DNA of 63,994 nucleotides, filler included, from Reticulomyxa filosa (Eukaryota; Protista; Foraminifera), in NCBI GenBank assembly GCA_000512085.1. It is 16 parts of 16 records of this genome, joined end to end, with 100 filler letters (N's around TTAATTAATTAA, not from the genome) between each part and the next. Parts side by side here need not be neighbours in the genome. Positions count along the whole stretch, not along the records: positions 62,028 to 63,994 come from ASPP01006633.1; 15 more parts are not named here. One strand, 5' to 3'. Each line of letters begins with the position of its first letter. Position 1 is the stretch's first letter. This document shows, one piece after another, positions 62,069-63,994 of this stretch. The notes below the pieces were generated by a model that saw nothing but the letters and a program-made list of their open reading frames with translations, ran no database searches and was not told the origin of the DNA. The position numbers and the translations under genes were made by a program.

Positions 62069-63994
62069 TTAACATTGCAAATCCTTTTCGCCAAAGAGCT
62101 TGGAAATGAAAGACTTGGGCCAATACACAAGCAACATTTCCAAAACGGAACGGCCATGATAAGCATTACCTTTTGATGATGGATGAAACACGGCCAGCGA
62201 ATGCAATGTGATTTCGTAGGACTTTCTCAGTAAAAATGCCTTCACTGTCTCCGCTGCTTTTTCATTAACAAAGATACGCATTAGCGAATGCGATCTTTTT
62301 TTTTTTTTTTTTGACAAAAATATAATACACATTGAAAGTTTGCGATGACGATATACACATATATATGTATATAAAACTTACAATTTGTTTGCTTTGATTT
62401 CGGCTTCATCCTCAGATGACAAAGGTTTGCTGGGGGGAATGACCGGTCCGAGTGGAATAGTTTTCTCTAAATTTGCTTGCCAGACCGTCACAGGCTCCGG
62501 TATTCTTGAAATGAATCCCATTAGCATGTGCGTTACACCTGCGCGATTTCAAGAACACAAGCAAATGCACACCTCCGCATTTCAACAAAAAAAAAATGAA
62601 GAAACACAACAAATGAGAAAAGAATTGCATGATGGGGATTGTAATGTTGTGGTTATTTCTTTGTATATTGCATTGTATTGTATATTATTTTGTTTGCTGA
62701 TATATCTCAACATAGGATGGAATAAAATAACTATTTTTGGACAAATATTCAATCATTTTCCAATTGATTTGAGGGTCCTTTAATTCCAAGAAAGACTCCA
62801 ACAATTGCGCTCTTTCAGCGTCCGTTCCATCTTCATCGTCATCACCTTTATTTGGACTTGGACTTGGGCTCGGGCTCGGGCTCGGACTTGGATTAACATT
62901 TGCATTTATATATGCATTTGTATTTGCGTTTGTATTTGCATTTGCATTTGTATTACTTGTACTTGTGGTTGTATTGATGATACTCACAGGATCACTGCTC
63001 GTTTTCGGTTCATTGATATCTATTTTCAGTAAGGTCAAAGTGTCAATTTTTTGGCCCTTGTTTTTTCTTTGTCATTGTCCGGTTCGATTTCAGCGTCAGT
63101 TTTGGCATCAGTGGAGGAGTGATGTTCATGAAGAGATCGATCCTTGTCATCATTGACATCACTTTCGCTCTCGGTTTCGCTTTCGTTTCCATTTTCGTTA
63201 TCCGTTTCTGTTTCGTCATAGTCTGTTTCCGCCTCGCTCTCGTTTTCGCTTTCGTAATTGTTCCCTGCCTTGTCATCTTCCGCATCGACATCCGAGCTGG
63301 GTGTTTCCGCGCTGTCATTCGAGCCCTTTGGTAATACAGGTGCGTTGATGTTCAAGCCGAGTTGCGCTTGTCTTTTCAATTTCATATACATGTATGTATA
63401 TGTATATGTATATGTATATATGTATATGTATATATGTATATGTATATATGTATATGTATATGTGAAAAAAGGATAAACAGACTTACATTTCCAAGGCTTT
63501 GGACAAAAGGCCTTGAGAAGACTTGCTCTCTTGCGTGGCAGAGTTGTTATTGTTACTAGGAGCAGTGGACAGACCTTGGCTTGCAATTACAGTATTGTTG
63601 GCTCCTTTGCCACTATCTTGCCTGCTTTGATCGGCGGAACTCCGCTTTGGTCTGGTTTTGCTTTGTTCTTTCGTCGCGCTGTCACTTGTGGTGGTGCTTG
63701 ACGGCTTGGTAATCTCACTTCTTCTTTTGGTTTGATCTTTTGCCAGCACCAAACCAAACAAAAACAAACGGATAAAAAAGACGGTCAAACAAATGAGCAA
63801 ATACCTCGGACAGTAGAAGAAGGCCTATTTGATGCTTTGGAATCCCCACGTTTTGAAACAATTTCGCTGCTGCTTCGCTCTGTTTTTTTCTTTGCTCTGT
63901 CGGAAGTTGGAGTTTTGGCTGGCTTTCTCTTATCTTTGATTTTGTTTTTGTCTTTTTCTGTGTCTTTGTCTTTATCATTGTCTTTATCTTTATC
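62028..63994 (-). CDS. Hypothetical multi-exon protein with acidic, N-rich and SP low-complexity N-terminal region
   Basis: Exons separated by (TATATG)n introns; globular part LLESFLELKDPQINWKMIEYL...VFHPSSKGNAYH. Confidence 0.5.

Overview
This is eukaryotic, AT-rich, intron-containing protist DNA, not one continuous locus. It consists of 16 contigs joined by 15 artificial 100-nt spacers (44 N + TTAATTAATTAA + 44 N), so only adjacency within a contig is meaningful. The intron style, homopolymer frameshifts and a Kelch-family N-terminus resemble the foraminiferan Reticulomyxa filosa; this is an inference from memory, not a search result. Recognisable genes: FIG4 phosphoinositide phosphatase, a beta-helix protein, a UreH/NiCoT-like transporter, the 5' part of aminopeptidase N, a divergent Piwi/Argonaute, an alpha/beta hydrolase, an SDR, a SEN54/SEN2-like protein, WDR92, a PNPOx-like flavin-binding protein, a SAM-FN3-TLDc protein, PEP mutase, a fold-type III PLP enzyme and a p62/NBR1-like receptor. 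Mobile DNA: an RT-deleted CRE-like retrotransposon, scrambled APE-type LINE remnants, and a Tc1/mariner remnant with a terminal repeat. Best candidate for an undescribed system: an intron-containing PEP mutase (C-P bond formation) with a mitochondrial-like presequence, directly followed by a bacterial-type, membrane-anchored D-amino-acid deaminase/aldolase-like PLP enzyme whose 3' end is duplicated 17 kb upstream. Other leads: a glycine-zipper coiled-coil protein with two in-frame TGAs, a DEG/ENaC-like two-TM protein, and introns ending in poly-A tracts. Exon boundaries were read by eye and are approximate unless stated.
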